A DNA stretch of 64,000 bases from Bdellovibrionota bacterium (GTDB lineage: Bacteria > Bdellovibrionota > FAC87 > UBA2466). The stretch lies in the NCBI GenBank assembly GCA_041749855.1, contig JBGTAN010000026.1, positions 24,472 through 88,471 on the forward strand, in the 5' to 3' direction. Under the pieces are notes generated by a model. That model ran no database searches. It was not told the origin of the DNA and worked only from the letters and a program-made list of their open reading frames with translations. Of this stretch, positions 8,018 through 18,045 are shown piece after piece. Position 1 is the stretch's first letter. Each line of letters starts with the position of its first letter. The position numbers and the translations under genes were made by a program.

Positions 8018-9288
8018 CAGTCCCACCCCGGATGGTTGTAAAGGTTGATGAGTGCTGCGCACAGCAGCTCTGCGTCGCGGCTTCCGGCCAGCTCACGAAT
8101 CGAATGCATTGCAAACGTGGGGAGCCCCACATCAATCGTCTTTACTCCCAACACGCTGGCAGTAATGGGTCCGATGGTGCTGCCGCATCCCATATCGTTT
8201 CGGGACACAAACTCTTGCACGGGGACATCGGCCTGCTGACAACACTCTCTAAAAAGAGCCGCTGTCTCGGCAGAGGTGGCGTAGCGTTGGTTGGTGTTCG
8301 TTTTGATGACCGGCCCCTGATTCAAAATAGGCGCATGGTTGGAGTCGTGCTTCTCCGGATAGTTCGGGTGGATGCCATGGGCATTGTCGGTCGAAACCAG
8401 AACAGATCGCGAGATAGCCCGCGTGAGGCCCTCGTTGCTGCCGGTTAGTCGTTCTAATACCGACTTTAGAAAGGGGCCTTGCGCACCCACCGCCGAAGCA
8501 CTCCCCACTTCCTCGTGATCCGAAGCGACGAATACGCTGGTCGACTTTCCAGAGGCCTTCAGCAACGCTTGCACACCCACAAAGCAGCTCAATAAGTTGT
8601 CGAGTCGGGAACTCGACAGGAATTCTCCGTGGAGTCCCACCGCCGCCGCCCCTTGCGTGTTATACAAGCACAGGTCGTGACTCAGAATGCTTTGCGCATC
8701 CTTCACGCCATCCTTGGCGAGCAAATCTAAGAGAGCCGCTTCCAACGGGTTTTCCTTTGAAGCTCCCTGACTGAAAAGCGCTGGCAACTCTTGCTGCTTC
8801 TGAATCGTGCGATTCTCATTCGCCGTGCGATTGAGGTGAATGGCAAGATTAGGAACCACAGCGACTGGCTTTACGAAGTTCACGAGCCTTCGCTGAGCGC
8901 CACTCTTGGTTCCGTAGAAAACCGTTCCCGCAATGGAGAGGTCACGATCGAACCAAGTGGATAACAGCACGCCTCCGTATACTTCCACCGCAAGGCGAGT
9001 GAAGTTTCGATCTATCAGTTCACTATTAGGTCGCAACCGCAAGCAGGGGCTGTCCGTGTGGGCGCCCACCATTCGAAAACCATTCGCTTCGACGTCTTCA
9101 CCCATGTAAAAGGCGACGAGCGAAGACCCGTTTCGAGTTGTGAAATACTTTCCGCCGGCTTTAACTTTCCAAGCCTCTGACTCAGACAGAGCTGTATAGC
9201 CCTCGGCTTCTAGCATCTTCGTCATGCTATCGACGGCATGGTACGGCGTCGGTGATGCGTTGAGAAAATCAAAAAGTGGATTGTTCAT
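8017..9288 (-). CDS. M18 family aminopeptidase (aspartyl aminopeptidase-like)
   Basis: The N-terminus FLNASPTPYHAV, the GAHTDSP motif and the C-terminal MHS.RE motif are typical of M18. Confidence 0.85.
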   Translation of the reverse strand: MNNPLFDFLNASPTPYHAVDSMTKMLEAEGYTALSESEAWKVKAGGKYFTTRNGSSLVAFYMGEDVEANGFRMVGAHTDSPCLRLRPNSELIDRNFTRLAVEVYGGVLLSTWFDRDLSIAGTVFYGTKSGAQRRLVNFVKPVAVVPNLAIHLNRTANENRTIQKQQELPALFSQGASKENPLEAALLDLLAKDGVKDAQSILSHDLCLYNTQGAAAVGLHGEFLSSSRLDNLLSCFVGVQALLKASGKSTSVFVASDHEEVGSASAVGAQGPFLKSVLERLTGSNEGLTRAISRSVLVSTDNAHGIHPNYPEKHDSNHAPILNQGPVIKTNTNQRYATSAETAALFRECCQQADVPVQEFVSRNDMGCGSTIGPITASVLGVKTIDVGLPTFAMHSIRELAGSRDAELLCAALINLYNHPGWD

Positions 9289-9313
9289 AGGACTCCTTCA
9301 AACCCATACAATA

Positions 9314-10462
9314 CTAGGACCAAATCTCGCCAGCCCACAATTCCTGTAGAAACTTGGAGTATGGGTAGATTTCAACGTTACGGATCTTGCGGTAGCGCTT
9401 ATCTCGCGAAACTACGATCTGTCGCTTCATTCGGTGATCCTGTTCCAAGGAATAAAGGCCGCGCAAATGTTTTTCTGAAACAAGTCCGCTCGCTTTGACT
9501 TCAATTGCAATTTCTCCATCGAGAATGAAGTCCACTTCCCCTCCCGAATGAGCGGCCCAAAAAGATAAGACGCCATTCGGCTTGCGATAAGAGCGGTAGG
9601 CAGAAAGCTCCTGGAAGATAAAGTGCTCAAACGCACGGCCAAATGTCTCGCCAGATTCCGGCAAGGACTTTTGACGCAAGAGCGCGTTAACGACGCCTGT
9701 GTCGAAAAAGAAGAATTTGGCCTTCGATACGGCTTTGCGCGTGCTTTCTCGACTGGGTGCAAGAGGTTCAACAAAAGTTCCCATCAAGGTATCAACCAAA
9801 ACCGAGTAGTATTCACGCACTGTGCGCGCTGGGACCTGCGCATCCGCCGCAAGGGATTCAAAGTTGAGTACTTCGGTGTTTGCACTCGCCGCTTGGAGCA
9901 AGAATCGCGAAAACCCTTCTAAGTTTCTGGACAAAGCTTCGGCCTGAATCTCCTCCTTTAGATATTCCCCTGCATAGCTAGACAGCTCGTCCCAGGGATC
10001 TTCGGAAAGCCAGACAGGGGGGAGGGACCCATAAGTAAGCCGACGTACTAGGTCGAAGTCCGGCAATTCGGCGTAGCAAAAAGGCATGAGATATCGAGTA
10101 CGGGCTCGCCCAGCCATCAGTGAAGTATGCGTACGCCTCAGCTTTCGCGCGCTGCTTCCGGTTAGCAGAAACCGCACTCCGAATTCTTCGATCAACAAGT
10201 GGACTTCATCCATAAGGGAGGGAAGTTTCTGGATTTCGTCTACAACAATGAGGCTGCCACGTCGCGGCACGGACTCGCGTATCAGTGAGGGACGGACCGC
10301 GAGCTGGGAGAACGTATCGGCTTCAAGTAGGTTGAAGACGACTGGGGGCCTCACTTCATTCCGAATCAGGCTGCTCTTGCCAGTTCTGCGCGGACCCAGA
10401 AGTATCACGCTGTGTTTTTTGAGAGTTTCCTGGATGGAAAGTGCTCGCAGGATGTAATCCAT
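9314..10462 (-). CDS. AAA-type ATPase with DUF4143-like C-terminal domain
   Basis: Walker A GPRRTGKS, Walker B-like LIVVDEIQ, and a C-terminal region typical of AAA_14/DUF4143 proteins. Confidence 0.75.
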   Translation of the reverse strand: MDYILRALSIQETLKKHSVILLGPRRTGKSSLIRNEVRPPVVFNLLEADTFSQLAVRPSLIRESVPRRGSLIVVDEIQKLPSLMDEVHLLIEEFGVRFLLTGSSARKLRRTHTSLMAGRARTRYLMPFCYAELPDFDLVRRLTYGSLPPVWLSEDPWDELSSYAGEYLKEEIQAEALSRNLEGFSRFLLQAASANTEVLNFESLAADAQVPARTVREYYSVLVDTLMGTFVEPLAPSRESTRKAVSKAKFFFFDTGVVNALLRQKSLPESGETFGRAFEHFIFQELSAYRSYRKPNGVLSFWAAHSGGEVDFILDGEIAIEVKASGLVSEKHLRGLYSLEQDHRMKRQIVVSRDKRYRKIRNVEIYPYSKFLQELWAGEIWS

Positions 10463-10524
10463 CGTATTGAATTACAGCATCTCTGCTGCGGGATTTCCAG
10501 GAAAATCCGCAGTAACTCTACTTG

Positions 10525-11796
10525 TCACAAGACCCCCCACGTTCGGTTACGAGCATCTAGGATTTCAGTGCTGTTGCTAAAGTCATAGGCGCTCAAGCGT
10601 TCTTGAATGCAAGCTTGAAAAACGGACGCGATGGCGGGGTCGGCAGCCGTAAATACGACGGTGACATCCGGTGTAGGATTGCAGCTGTGGGTAAGCGTAA
10701 CCACTGGTGCCGTCGTGGAAAGGCTTACGCCTTCCATAAAGGCACTAGTAAAAAGACCACTCGGGGCGCTACCAGATCTGATGTAAGTCGAACCGCTGTA
10801 CTCGAACGCCTGGTCGAAAGCATAGCTTTGTGCGCCTGCATCCGTCGCAGTGACTTTCACTGCTCCACTTGCGATCGATAAACTAACGATGGAATTTCCG
10901 GCAAAGCGCAGGCGCGCGGAAAGCGTGTCGCGATATCCCGGGCCCTCGGCGACTCTCACGATCGAAAAAGTATCGTCGACTATCGAAAGGGCGCTGTCGT
11001 ACCAAGCGCCAGAAGAAGAGAAGTGGCTCGTGAGCGTGCGAGCGAAAGCGGGATTAAACGCAAGGCCATCGGGCTTTCCAATCAGCAAGCCGCTGAGCGA
11101 GTGTCGGTAGTCGCCCCCGGCCCCCGTCCCTTCGGATTCGGCGGTGAACAATCCAGTGGTTCGGTTGACGGTCCAGATTTCTCGGTGGGAGGGAACGCCC
11201 GAGTCGCAAGTGGAAATTTCGACGCTGTAGTTCGCGGCTCCCAGCGCCTCAGCGCCGCGGACCGAAACAAAAACCTCTTGTTCGCCTGCTCCGAAGTTGC
11301 CTGTGACTTTGACGACTTTCTCAGTGGCGGCCTGCACGAAAATAGCTTCCTGATCCACGCCCCCAGTCGATACAGTTACTCCGGAAGTAGCCACGGGCAA
11401 ACCTCGAAGCAAGCACCCGATGTGAACCGATTCAAGGTAACGCCCTATCGGTTCCGCGGCGGATTGAAGTGCAAGCGTGACTGGTAGCCCGGCTGCCGCA
11501 TTGTTGTTGAGTCCCCAAAAGGCGGCCGAGTCATCGTACGTTGCGGGATTGCCGCCGACCAAGACAACCCCAAGTGCGCCTCCAAAAAGTCCGACATCCA
11601 CAGCGGTGGTGTCGGTATAACTCGTGCCTAAAACGGGAGGTGAGGGAGTGAGTGTCGCCCCCCCGCTAAAGGCCGAATGCAGCGGCGGCAAGTTGTCCAG
11701 GCCCTGAAGGAGAGCTCCCAAGCCGCCGCCTTCCTGACTGCCGCAGGACGTAGCAAGAATGAGTGCAAGGAGCCAGCTTGCTTTCCTAAATCCCAT
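10525..11796 (-). CDS. secreted (lipobox-like) hypothetical protein
   Basis: The N-terminus is MGFRKASWLLALILATSCGS. It is Gly/Ser/Thr/Ala-rich with no recognisable catalytic motif. Confidence 0.6.
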   Translation of the reverse strand: MGFRKASWLLALILATSCGSQEGGGLGALLQGLDNLPPLHSAFSGGATLTPSPPVLGTSYTDTTAVDVGLFGGALGVVLVGGNPATYDDSAAFWGLNNNAAAGLPVTLALQSAAEPIGRYLESVHIGCLLRGLPVATSGVTVSTGGVDQEAIFVQAATEKVVKVTGNFGAGEQEVFVSVRGAEALGAANYSVEISTCDSGVPSHREIWTVNRTTGLFTAESEGTGAGGDYRHSLSGLLIGKPDGLAFNPAFARTLTSHFSSSGAWYDSALSIVDDTFSIVRVAEGPGYRDTLSARLRFAGNSIVSLSIASGAVKVTATDAGAQSYAFDQAFEYSGSTYIRSGSAPSGLFTSAFMEGVSLSTTAPVVTLTHSCNPTPDVTVVFTAADPAIASVFQACIQERLSAYDFSNSTEILDARNRTWGVL

Positions 11797-11802
11797 CGTC
11801 TC

Positions 11803-13887
11803 CTACTTCGCGTCCGGGGTATTCTGCCCGGAGGTCACTTGATTCACCGCTGAAATCACAATATCTGGCGTGAGCAGCTGTGGCAAAATGCGCGGCTCAC
11901 CTTCCGCGGGATACAGTACGTAAAGAGGAACGCCGTTGCGCTCGAAGCTCTCGAGTTTACGTGCAATCGTTTCATCTTGGTTGGTCCAATCCGCCTCGAA
12001 GAGCGCCACATTCTTTTCTTTGAAATGCGCTTTCACGGAACCCACATTGAGCGCCACTTTCTTATTTACCTGACAAGTGATGCACCAAGCGGCGGTGAAA
12101 TCGACAAACACCGGCCGTCCCGTCTTTCGAGCTTCATCGACGGCAGCATCTGACCACACCGCCCAATCTCCGTTTGCGGCTTCAGATTTCGAAGCGGGCG
12201 CCGCACCGCTCACAGCGTTCCACGCCCAGGCGAGTGAGCCTAGGACGAAGCACAATGCGAGCACCGCCTGCACCCAGCGCTTTTTGGTTTTGAGTCCGTA
12301 GATCCAAAGACCTACTGAGAAGAAGATCAATGCCAGAAGAATGTGGAAAACAGTGCCGGTGTCTGACTGCAACGCCAGCACACTCATCAGCCACCAAGCA
12401 GTGAGCAGCAGCGGAAAAGCCATCGCTTGTTTGAAAATCACCATCCAAGCCCCGGGTCGAGGAAGGCGCTTGGTCATTCCGGGAAACAAGGAGAACACCA
12501 CATAGGGAGCTGCGAGTCCCAGACCCAAAAAGGTAAACACGCCGACGGCGATTGCCGCAGGTTGCGCAAGTGCAAACCCCATAGCAGTGCCCATGAAAGG
12601 AGCGGTGCACGGAGTGGCAACGACCGTTGCGAGCACGCCTGAAAAGAAAGCCCCAGCCCAACCTTCTTTACCAGCCCATTTCTGCCCGACGCCCATCAGG
12701 GAATCGCCCATCTCAAAAACGCCGAAAAGATTTAACGAAAGACCGACGAGCAAAAAGCTCAGGGCTGCGATGAAAAGGGGAGATTGAAGTTGGAAGCCCC
12801 ATCCCAAGGCTTGGCCGCCCGCTCGTAGTGCCAGCAAGGTTCCGACTAAAAGCCAGAACGAAACGACAATGCCCCCGGTGTATGCCAGGGCATGATGGAA
12901 AGCTTTCTTTTTAGCTGCCCCGCCCAGCTGCGCAAAGCTGAGTACTTTGAGACACAGGACGGGGAAGACACAGGGCATGAGGTTGAGAATCAGCCCTCCC
13001 AAGAACGCGAGCAGTAAAGCGTTCAAGATCTGCGGTGCGGTTGCCATCTCGCGCTGGGCTGAAAGCGTCGGTGCAATCTCGAGCGCCACTTTTTCGCTCC
13101 CGTTCAAAACAACCACTCCGGCCAGGTCTTCGAGTTTCGGTGGGCCTGGATCGGCAAACGGGCTTCTGGGGATCTCTAATTGAATCTCGCCCGGAGAAAT
13201 CACGGGTGCTTGATTCGCGCTATGCTGGATCAACGTTTCCGAGAACGGAAAAAATTCTGCGCTCTTTAGTCCCTCGGTGGGGCCCCGAAGTATCAAGCGA
13301 ATATTTTTATCATCGCTTGAAATTGAAGCCTTCCATTGGGGGGTGCTTGCGGGAATAGAAGCTCGGACCGCGTCGAGTTTGTCCCAATGCTTTGAAAGCT
13401 TCGGTTTTCCCGCTGTCCACGGAAGCGTGAGCGAAAGTGTTGTCTTGCCAGGGATACAAGTTTCCTTGCAAACCAGCCAAGCCACATTCGCGCGAAGCGT
13501 TGCGGATTTCGCGGCTTGCGGTTGAGGTCCGGCCAGGATCTCTGCCAGCAAAGTCAGCTCGCCTTCGTAGCCGAAGTTCACCAAAGGCGAAACGGGTATC
13601 CGACTGGGTGCCGGCCAAAGCAGGGCGCCGGGTAAAAAGCCCTCAGGTAGGATCCATTCGACTCGCGTCATTTCGCCGCTATCCCCTGGATTGCGCCAGT
13701 AGACGTGCCAACCCGGTTCGATCTTGAAGTGGACGCCTACCAGCAGCGTTTGCCCGGAGGCGACTTCGGCTACCGCGGAAACGAGTTCTGCTTGCAGGTG
13801 CGGAGTTTCATTCTTGCGGCCTTGTGCGGAGAAGCCGAAGACTAAAGCGACAGTGAGGCAAAGTATTTTCACCATGGTTGTTGTCAC
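11803..13887 (-). CDS. dsbD: thiol:disulfide interchange protein DsbD
   Basis: The membrane core carries the CVFPVL and CTAPF motifs. The C-terminal thioredoxin domain has FVDFTAAWCITC. Confidence 0.85.
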   Translation of the reverse strand: MTTTMVKILCLTVALVFGFSAQGRKNETPHLQAELVSAVAEVASGQTLLVGVHFKIEPGWHVYWRNPGDSGEMTRVEWILPEGFLPGALLWPAPSRIPVSPLVNFGYEGELTLLAEILAGPQPQAAKSATLRANVAWLVCKETCIPGKTTLSLTLPWTAGKPKLSKHWDKLDAVRASIPASTPQWKASISSDDKNIRLILRGPTEGLKSAEFFPFSETLIQHSANQAPVISPGEIQLEIPRSPFADPGPPKLEDLAGVVVLNGSEKVALEIAPTLSAQREMATAPQILNALLLAFLGGLILNLMPCVFPVLCLKVLSFAQLGGAAKKKAFHHALAYTGGIVVSFWLLVGTLLALRAGGQALGWGFQLQSPLFIAALSFLLVGLSLNLFGVFEMGDSLMGVGQKWAGKEGWAGAFFSGVLATVVATPCTAPFMGTAMGFALAQPAAIAVGVFTFLGLGLAAPYVVFSLFPGMTKRLPRPGAWMVIFKQAMAFPLLLTAWWLMSVLALQSDTGTVFHILLALIFFSVGLWIYGLKTKKRWVQAVLALCFVLGSLAWAWNAVSGAAPASKSEAANGDWAVWSDAAVDEARKTGRPVFVDFTAAWCITCQVNKKVALNVGSVKAHFKEKNVALFEADWTNQDETIARKLESFERNGVPLYVLYPAEGEPRILPQLLTPDIVISAVNQVTSGQNTPDAK

Positions 13888-13944
13888 TGTATCTCGTCGA
13901 TAGACCGCTGTCGCGACCTAGGTGTAACGCGATGCGCTTGGATA

Positions 13945-13981
13945 TTTGCCGATAGCTAATCGCCGGCAAAGAAAATATAAT
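13945..13981 (+). promoter_or_regulatory. 7-bp inverted repeat (TTTGCCG-N12-CGGCAAA) followed by a TATAAT hexamer
   Basis: Read directly. The arms are at 13945-13951 and 13964-13970, and TATAAT is at 13976-13981, 12 nt upstream of the TTG that opens the 13993 ORF. Confidence 0.3.
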
Positions 13982-13992
13982 CTAACCATCAC

Positions 13993-15567
13993 TTGACAAT
14001 AAGTCTCAAAACTTTGCCCCGACTCCTGGGCTTTCTCGAAGCATCAGCCCCAGAGGTTGCGGCACCCGTGTATGGTGCGCGTTTGTCACGTCACGACCAT
14101 CACAACCTTGAGATCAAGGCCTGGGTAGAGCCGGCGAGCGCAGATTATGAAGCACAAATAGATGTCCTGCTATTCGTGCCGGGTTCCTTTCAGATTAGTC
14201 GATGGTCCAAACAAGATCTGACCGATGATTTCCGATCCCGCGTGCGCTTGGCACTCGCGAACCGATCGCTTGAACTCGACGGACCGAATCGGGCGGGAGA
14301 GATCCTAGAGCGTTGTCGCGACTTGCTTTCCCTAGCCCCCGATCTCTCAGGAGAGAACTACAAACAAGTGGGTGGTCTGGTGGGCGAGCTGCTCAAACAC
14401 CGCGGCGCTACCCACCGGCGGCGCTTAGTGATGGCTCATTCGCTTTCCATTCCCGTGGAGCAGCGCGGTCTTGAACTGACTCGGCTGTTGAAAGACGTAA
14501 CTCAGTCGGTAAGCCTGCTTCATACCGTGCGCGAAACATTGCAGCGGCACGCGCAAGATCCGGTCATTCCCTTGCTGGATGAATACCTCAGCAACTTCTT
14601 TGTGAAGTACTTGGGCAAACTTCGCGCTGCCATGACAGAAGTCAATCCTCTCGCCAAGGAAAAGGCCGATAGCGATTGCTACCGCCAGGCGTGGACGGAG
14701 TTCGAGCGCAAGCTTGTCATCTTCCAGAAGGAAGAAGCAGTCTATCGAGAGAAATTTTCGGAACGCCTAGAGAGGGCAACCTGTGCCGCTTCTCAGGAAG
14801 CTTCGGTGGTTCGTCTCGGACAGCTGAAGAAGTTCTTTCAGGCGCGCATGTTCGTAGAAGTGACCCGCCACTCTCCTTCGTCTCGCTTTTTGGAGGCTTC
14901 TGCGATTCTGGGAACCGCGCTTGCCGGAACTTGCTGGGCGGTTTGCCAGTTTTGGAATCGCCCTGATCTTGTGCAGACAACAAACCAGGGGTCCTTTGTC
15001 CTCGCCTTTGCGGTGGCAACCTATGTGGTGAGGGATCGCATTAAAGATCGCGCCAAAGTTTCCCTGCATAAGAGATTTAAGAAGTGGTTGCCCGATACGC
15101 ATCAGCTGCTGCAGGCGGGCGGGCGTACCTACGGTTCCATTCGAGAATGGTTTCATGTTCACAAGAAAACTGCGCTTTCCCCTGATCTTCAGAGTTTGCG
15201 TCAGCGCGCTTGTCAGGGCGAGATGGATAGAGACTTGCCTGAAGACGTCTTGATGGTCCGAAAAGTGTTCACCGTGCACTCAGAAGCGGCGCACGAAGCG
15301 GGTTGGGCCTTGCAGGAAAACACGCGCATCAATATTGAACGGTACTTAAAGCACATGGACGATCCGTTTAAGGAACTCTCGATGCTCGACTCGAGCGGAG
15401 AGCTCACGCGCTTGCGGTCTCGCCGCGTGTACCATTTTCATCTTGCTGTGGAGCTGAAATCCCGCCCGCTCGGCACTTCCTGCGCGTTCTCCCAAAGGTC
15501 GAAGCAGCAGTTCTTCCGAGTGGTAATGGATAAATCGGGTATCGATCGCTTAGAGCGCATTGCTTAA
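13993..15567 (+). CDS. hypothetical membrane protein (no family recognised)
   Basis: A 524-aa ORF with two hydrophobic segments near residues 300-345 (ILGTALAGTCWAVCQFW; FVLAFAVATYVV). It has a TTG start and no clear RBS, so the start is uncertain. Confidence 0.55.
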   Translation: MTISLKTLPRLLGFLEASAPEVAAPVYGARLSRHDHHNLEIKAWVEPASADYEAQIDVLLFVPGSFQISRWSKQDLTDDFRSRVRLALANRSLELDGPNRAGEILERCRDLLSLAPDLSGENYKQVGGLVGELLKHRGATHRRRLVMAHSLSIPVEQRGLELTRLLKDVTQSVSLLHTVRETLQRHAQDPVIPLLDEYLSNFFVKYLGKLRAAMTEVNPLAKEKADSDCYRQAWTEFERKLVIFQKEEAVYREKFSERLERATCAASQEASVVRLGQLKKFFQARMFVEVTRHSPSSRFLEASAILGTALAGTCWAVCQFWNRPDLVQTTNQGSFVLAFAVATYVVRDRIKDRAKVSLHKRFKKWLPDTHQLLQAGGRTYGSIREWFHVHKKTALSPDLQSLRQRACQGEMDRDLPEDVLMVRKVFTVHSEAAHEAGWALQENTRINIERYLKHMDDPFKELSMLDSSGELTRLRSRRVYHFHLAVELKSRPLGTSCAFSQRSKQQFFRVVMDKSGIDRLERIA

Positions 15568-15568
15568 C

Positions 15569-18028
15569 CTAACGGCGATGTGGCTTGGGCGGAGGCGGTT
15601 TTGCGGTGAGTGGATCTTCCGGCCAAGCATGTCGCGGGTAAACCCTGGACAATTCTTTTCGTACCGTCGGGTAAGTGTTCTTCCAAAAACTCGCTAGGTC
15701 TTTCGTCACCTGAACGGCTCGATAGTTTGGTGCAAGTAGATGCAAAGTAAGTGGTAGCTTGCCATCTAGAATGTAGGGCCCTTGCTTCATTCCAAAAAAG
15801 TCCTGTAGCCGCGATTCAATCCAAGGTTCACGCCCCAGCGCGTACTGTACTTTCACTTTGCGCCCGCCCGGCAACTCTACTTGCGAGGGGAAAAGGCGTC
15901 CTCCATTGGGAAACCAAGCGCTTTCCCAATCGGCTTCTTCAATCTCTTTGAAGCTTGCCTTGCCGTACAGCACGGCTCTCAAGCTTTCCAAAACGGAGGG
16001 CAATTTGCCGGGATTCGCTTGTGCCATGAGTGCGCTGCGTGCAAACAAGCCTTCAAGTGTTTCTCTGTCTTTGACTCGCGTGAGTGCCTCTACCCACTCA
16101 GCCGGGGTGAATGCTTCTCGTCGTTCCGGAGGGATGCCCAGACCGTTGCGCAAAATCACTTCCATCGCCTGGTCCCAATCGCCGATAGATTCATCCCCTT
16201 CCGAAAGCGTCAGCGCGCCAAAACGTAGAAATGAAATCGCCTCTACTCGCTTTTTCTCTGCATTCCATTTCAGCTCCTGACCTTCGATTATTTGCGAGGG
16301 CTCGACTTCTAGGAGCCACTCCTCTTCAATAGCCACCAGCGAGGTGGCTCTCACCGTTGCTCGCATCTGACCAAACCCTTGGAACTCACGGGCCTCTAAA
16401 ACGCAGAAGGTGCGGTGTTTTCCGAAAGCTTCGATACTGTCGACGCCCACGGAGCCACCCGAGGAAAGCACGAGCTCTTTCGCCTTTTCGCGCAGCTGAC
16501 CTACGCGATCGGGGAAAGCAGCCAGTACGGCTTTGGCAAGAGATCCCGGCTCTTTTGTCGATCCATTTGGGACGTCGCGCGTTGCGCTTTGCAGTGCTCG
16601 CAAGATCCGATCGGACGGCGTGCTGTGTTTCATCGCTTCGAGTGCATCCAGGCCATCCAATGATCCATCCGACAGTAAAGCCGCTAGGCGCACGGCCGGC
16701 TCCTTCACTCCGCGTTGGCTGCCTTCCAAAATGAGTTTTGCCATGCGAGGGTGCAGAGGGAGAGACGCCATCTTCATTCCCAGCGGGGTCAATGCGGCAG
16801 TGGGACTTAAATCTTTCGAAGCGCCGAGGAGGTACAGAAGCCGCCCGGCTTCAGCGAGCGCTGAAGGAGAAGGGGGTTCGAACCAGGGCAAGGATCCATC
16901 GATACCGCGCAGACTGCGTAGCTCCAAGAGAGTTTGCGCAAGGTCTGCGCGCAACACTTCCGGCGTTTCTTCACTGGGCCGGTGGTCGTAGTCGCCTTGA
17001 GAATACAGACGCACACACAGTCCGGGGCCCGTGCGCGCAGCACGGCCGCCGCGCTGAATAGCGGAGGCTTTGCTAATGGCTTTCGTGCGAAGTGCGGGCA
17101 TTCCCGACCATGACGAGGCGCTGGCTTGTCGGTGCAATCCAGAGTCTACAACAATGCGCACGCCCGGGATGGTGAGAGACGACTCGGCGACATTCGTCGA
17201 CAAAATGACCTTTCGGGTTGGACCAGGGGTCACCGCGGCTTCTTGCTCCTCTTTGGAGAGATCTCCATGCAAGGCGTGGAGGGCGAGACGCTGTTCTCTA
17301 ATCAGAGTTTGAAGTGCGTTCTCGGCACGACGAATATCAGCCATCCCCGGTAAAAAAACGAGAAAATCTCCTTGCGTCCAATGGGGATCGGTCACGAGCG
17401 CACGCATTTCGCGAACGAGCGTGTCTTCGAGGCGCGCTTTTTCGCGAGGGGCCCGGTATCGAATATCTAGGGGGTGATGCGCCACGGGGATATCCATCTC
17501 CACGGGAGCATTCAGAAATGCCGTCAGACGTCCTGTAGACAGGGTGGCTGACATCACGATAAGTCGCAGGTCGGGGCGCTTTTGCTGAAGTGCACGCAAA
17601 ACGCCAAGGGCAATGTCGCCCTGCAAATGGCGTTCATGAAATTCGTCTAAAACCACGGCGGCAACGCGAGAAAGGGAAGGGTCGCTCATCATGTGGCGAA
17701 GCACCATGCCTTCTGTGAAAAAACGCAGTCGAGTTCTGGGCCCTCCGACTTTTTCAAATCGAAACTGGTACCCGACCGTTTCTCCAACGGACTCGCCGAG
17801 TTCTTCGGCCACACGTCGAGCCGCCATTTTTGCTGCTAATCGACGGGGCTCCAGTACCCAGATCTCTTTGTCGTTTGCGAAGTGCGCCTCTAGCAGTGCA
17901 GCGGGGACGCGTGTCGTTTTGCCTGTGCCCGGCGGAGCACGCAGCAGGAGGTCTTTGCCGGAGTTCACGGTTTGGACGATCTGTCCGATAAACGGGTCGA
18001 TAGGCAGGGGAATGCGTGCGCTGGACAT
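15569..18028 (-). CDS. hrpB: ATP-dependent RNA helicase HrpB
   Basis: Motifs GTGKTT and DEFHER, and a length (819 aa) and C-terminal domain typical of HrpB. Confidence 0.9.
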   Translation of the reverse strand: MSSARIPLPIDPFIGQIVQTVNSGKDLLLRAPPGTGKTTRVPAALLEAHFANDKEIWVLEPRRLAAKMAARRVAEELGESVGETVGYQFRFEKVGGPRTRLRFFTEGMVLRHMMSDPSLSRVAAVVLDEFHERHLQGDIALGVLRALQQKRPDLRLIVMSATLSTGRLTAFLNAPVEMDIPVAHHPLDIRYRAPREKARLEDTLVREMRALVTDPHWTQGDFLVFLPGMADIRRAENALQTLIREQRLALHALHGDLSKEEQEAAVTPGPTRKVILSTNVAESSLTIPGVRIVVDSGLHRQASASSWSGMPALRTKAISKASAIQRGGRAARTGPGLCVRLYSQGDYDHRPSEETPEVLRADLAQTLLELRSLRGIDGSLPWFEPPSPSALAEAGRLLYLLGASKDLSPTAALTPLGMKMASLPLHPRMAKLILEGSQRGVKEPAVRLAALLSDGSLDGLDALEAMKHSTPSDRILRALQSATRDVPNGSTKEPGSLAKAVLAAFPDRVGQLREKAKELVLSSGGSVGVDSIEAFGKHRTFCVLEAREFQGFGQMRATVRATSLVAIEEEWLLEVEPSQIIEGQELKWNAEKKRVEAISFLRFGALTLSEGDESIGDWDQAMEVILRNGLGIPPERREAFTPAEWVEALTRVKDRETLEGLFARSALMAQANPGKLPSVLESLRAVLYGKASFKEIEEADWESAWFPNGGRLFPSQVELPGGRKVKVQYALGREPWIESRLQDFFGMKQGPYILDGKLPLTLHLLAPNYRAVQVTKDLASFWKNTYPTVRKELSRVYPRHAWPEDPLTAKPPPPKPHRR

Positions 18029-18045
18029 GAAGCGCTTGTTTTAGC

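Noticed and set aside
10470-10510. An imperfect hairpin CTGCGGGATTT...AAAATCCGCAG downstream of the 10525 lipoprotein gene.
   Set aside because: The stem is bulged and there is no T-tract. It is not distinguishable from chance.
12182-12661. Several ORFs of 60-160 aa lying antisense or out of frame within dsbD. The same occurs within hrpB, priA, the S46 peptidase gene and others.
   Set aside because: Each is fully embedded in a gene with strong motif support. They have biased Arg/Ser/Pro-rich compositions typical of off-frame GC-rich sequence.
16865-16885. The tRNA T-loop-like string GGGGGTTCGAACCAGGG.
   Set aside because: It lies inside the hrpB coding sequence. I could not find a matching acceptor stem, D arm or anticodon arm around it.
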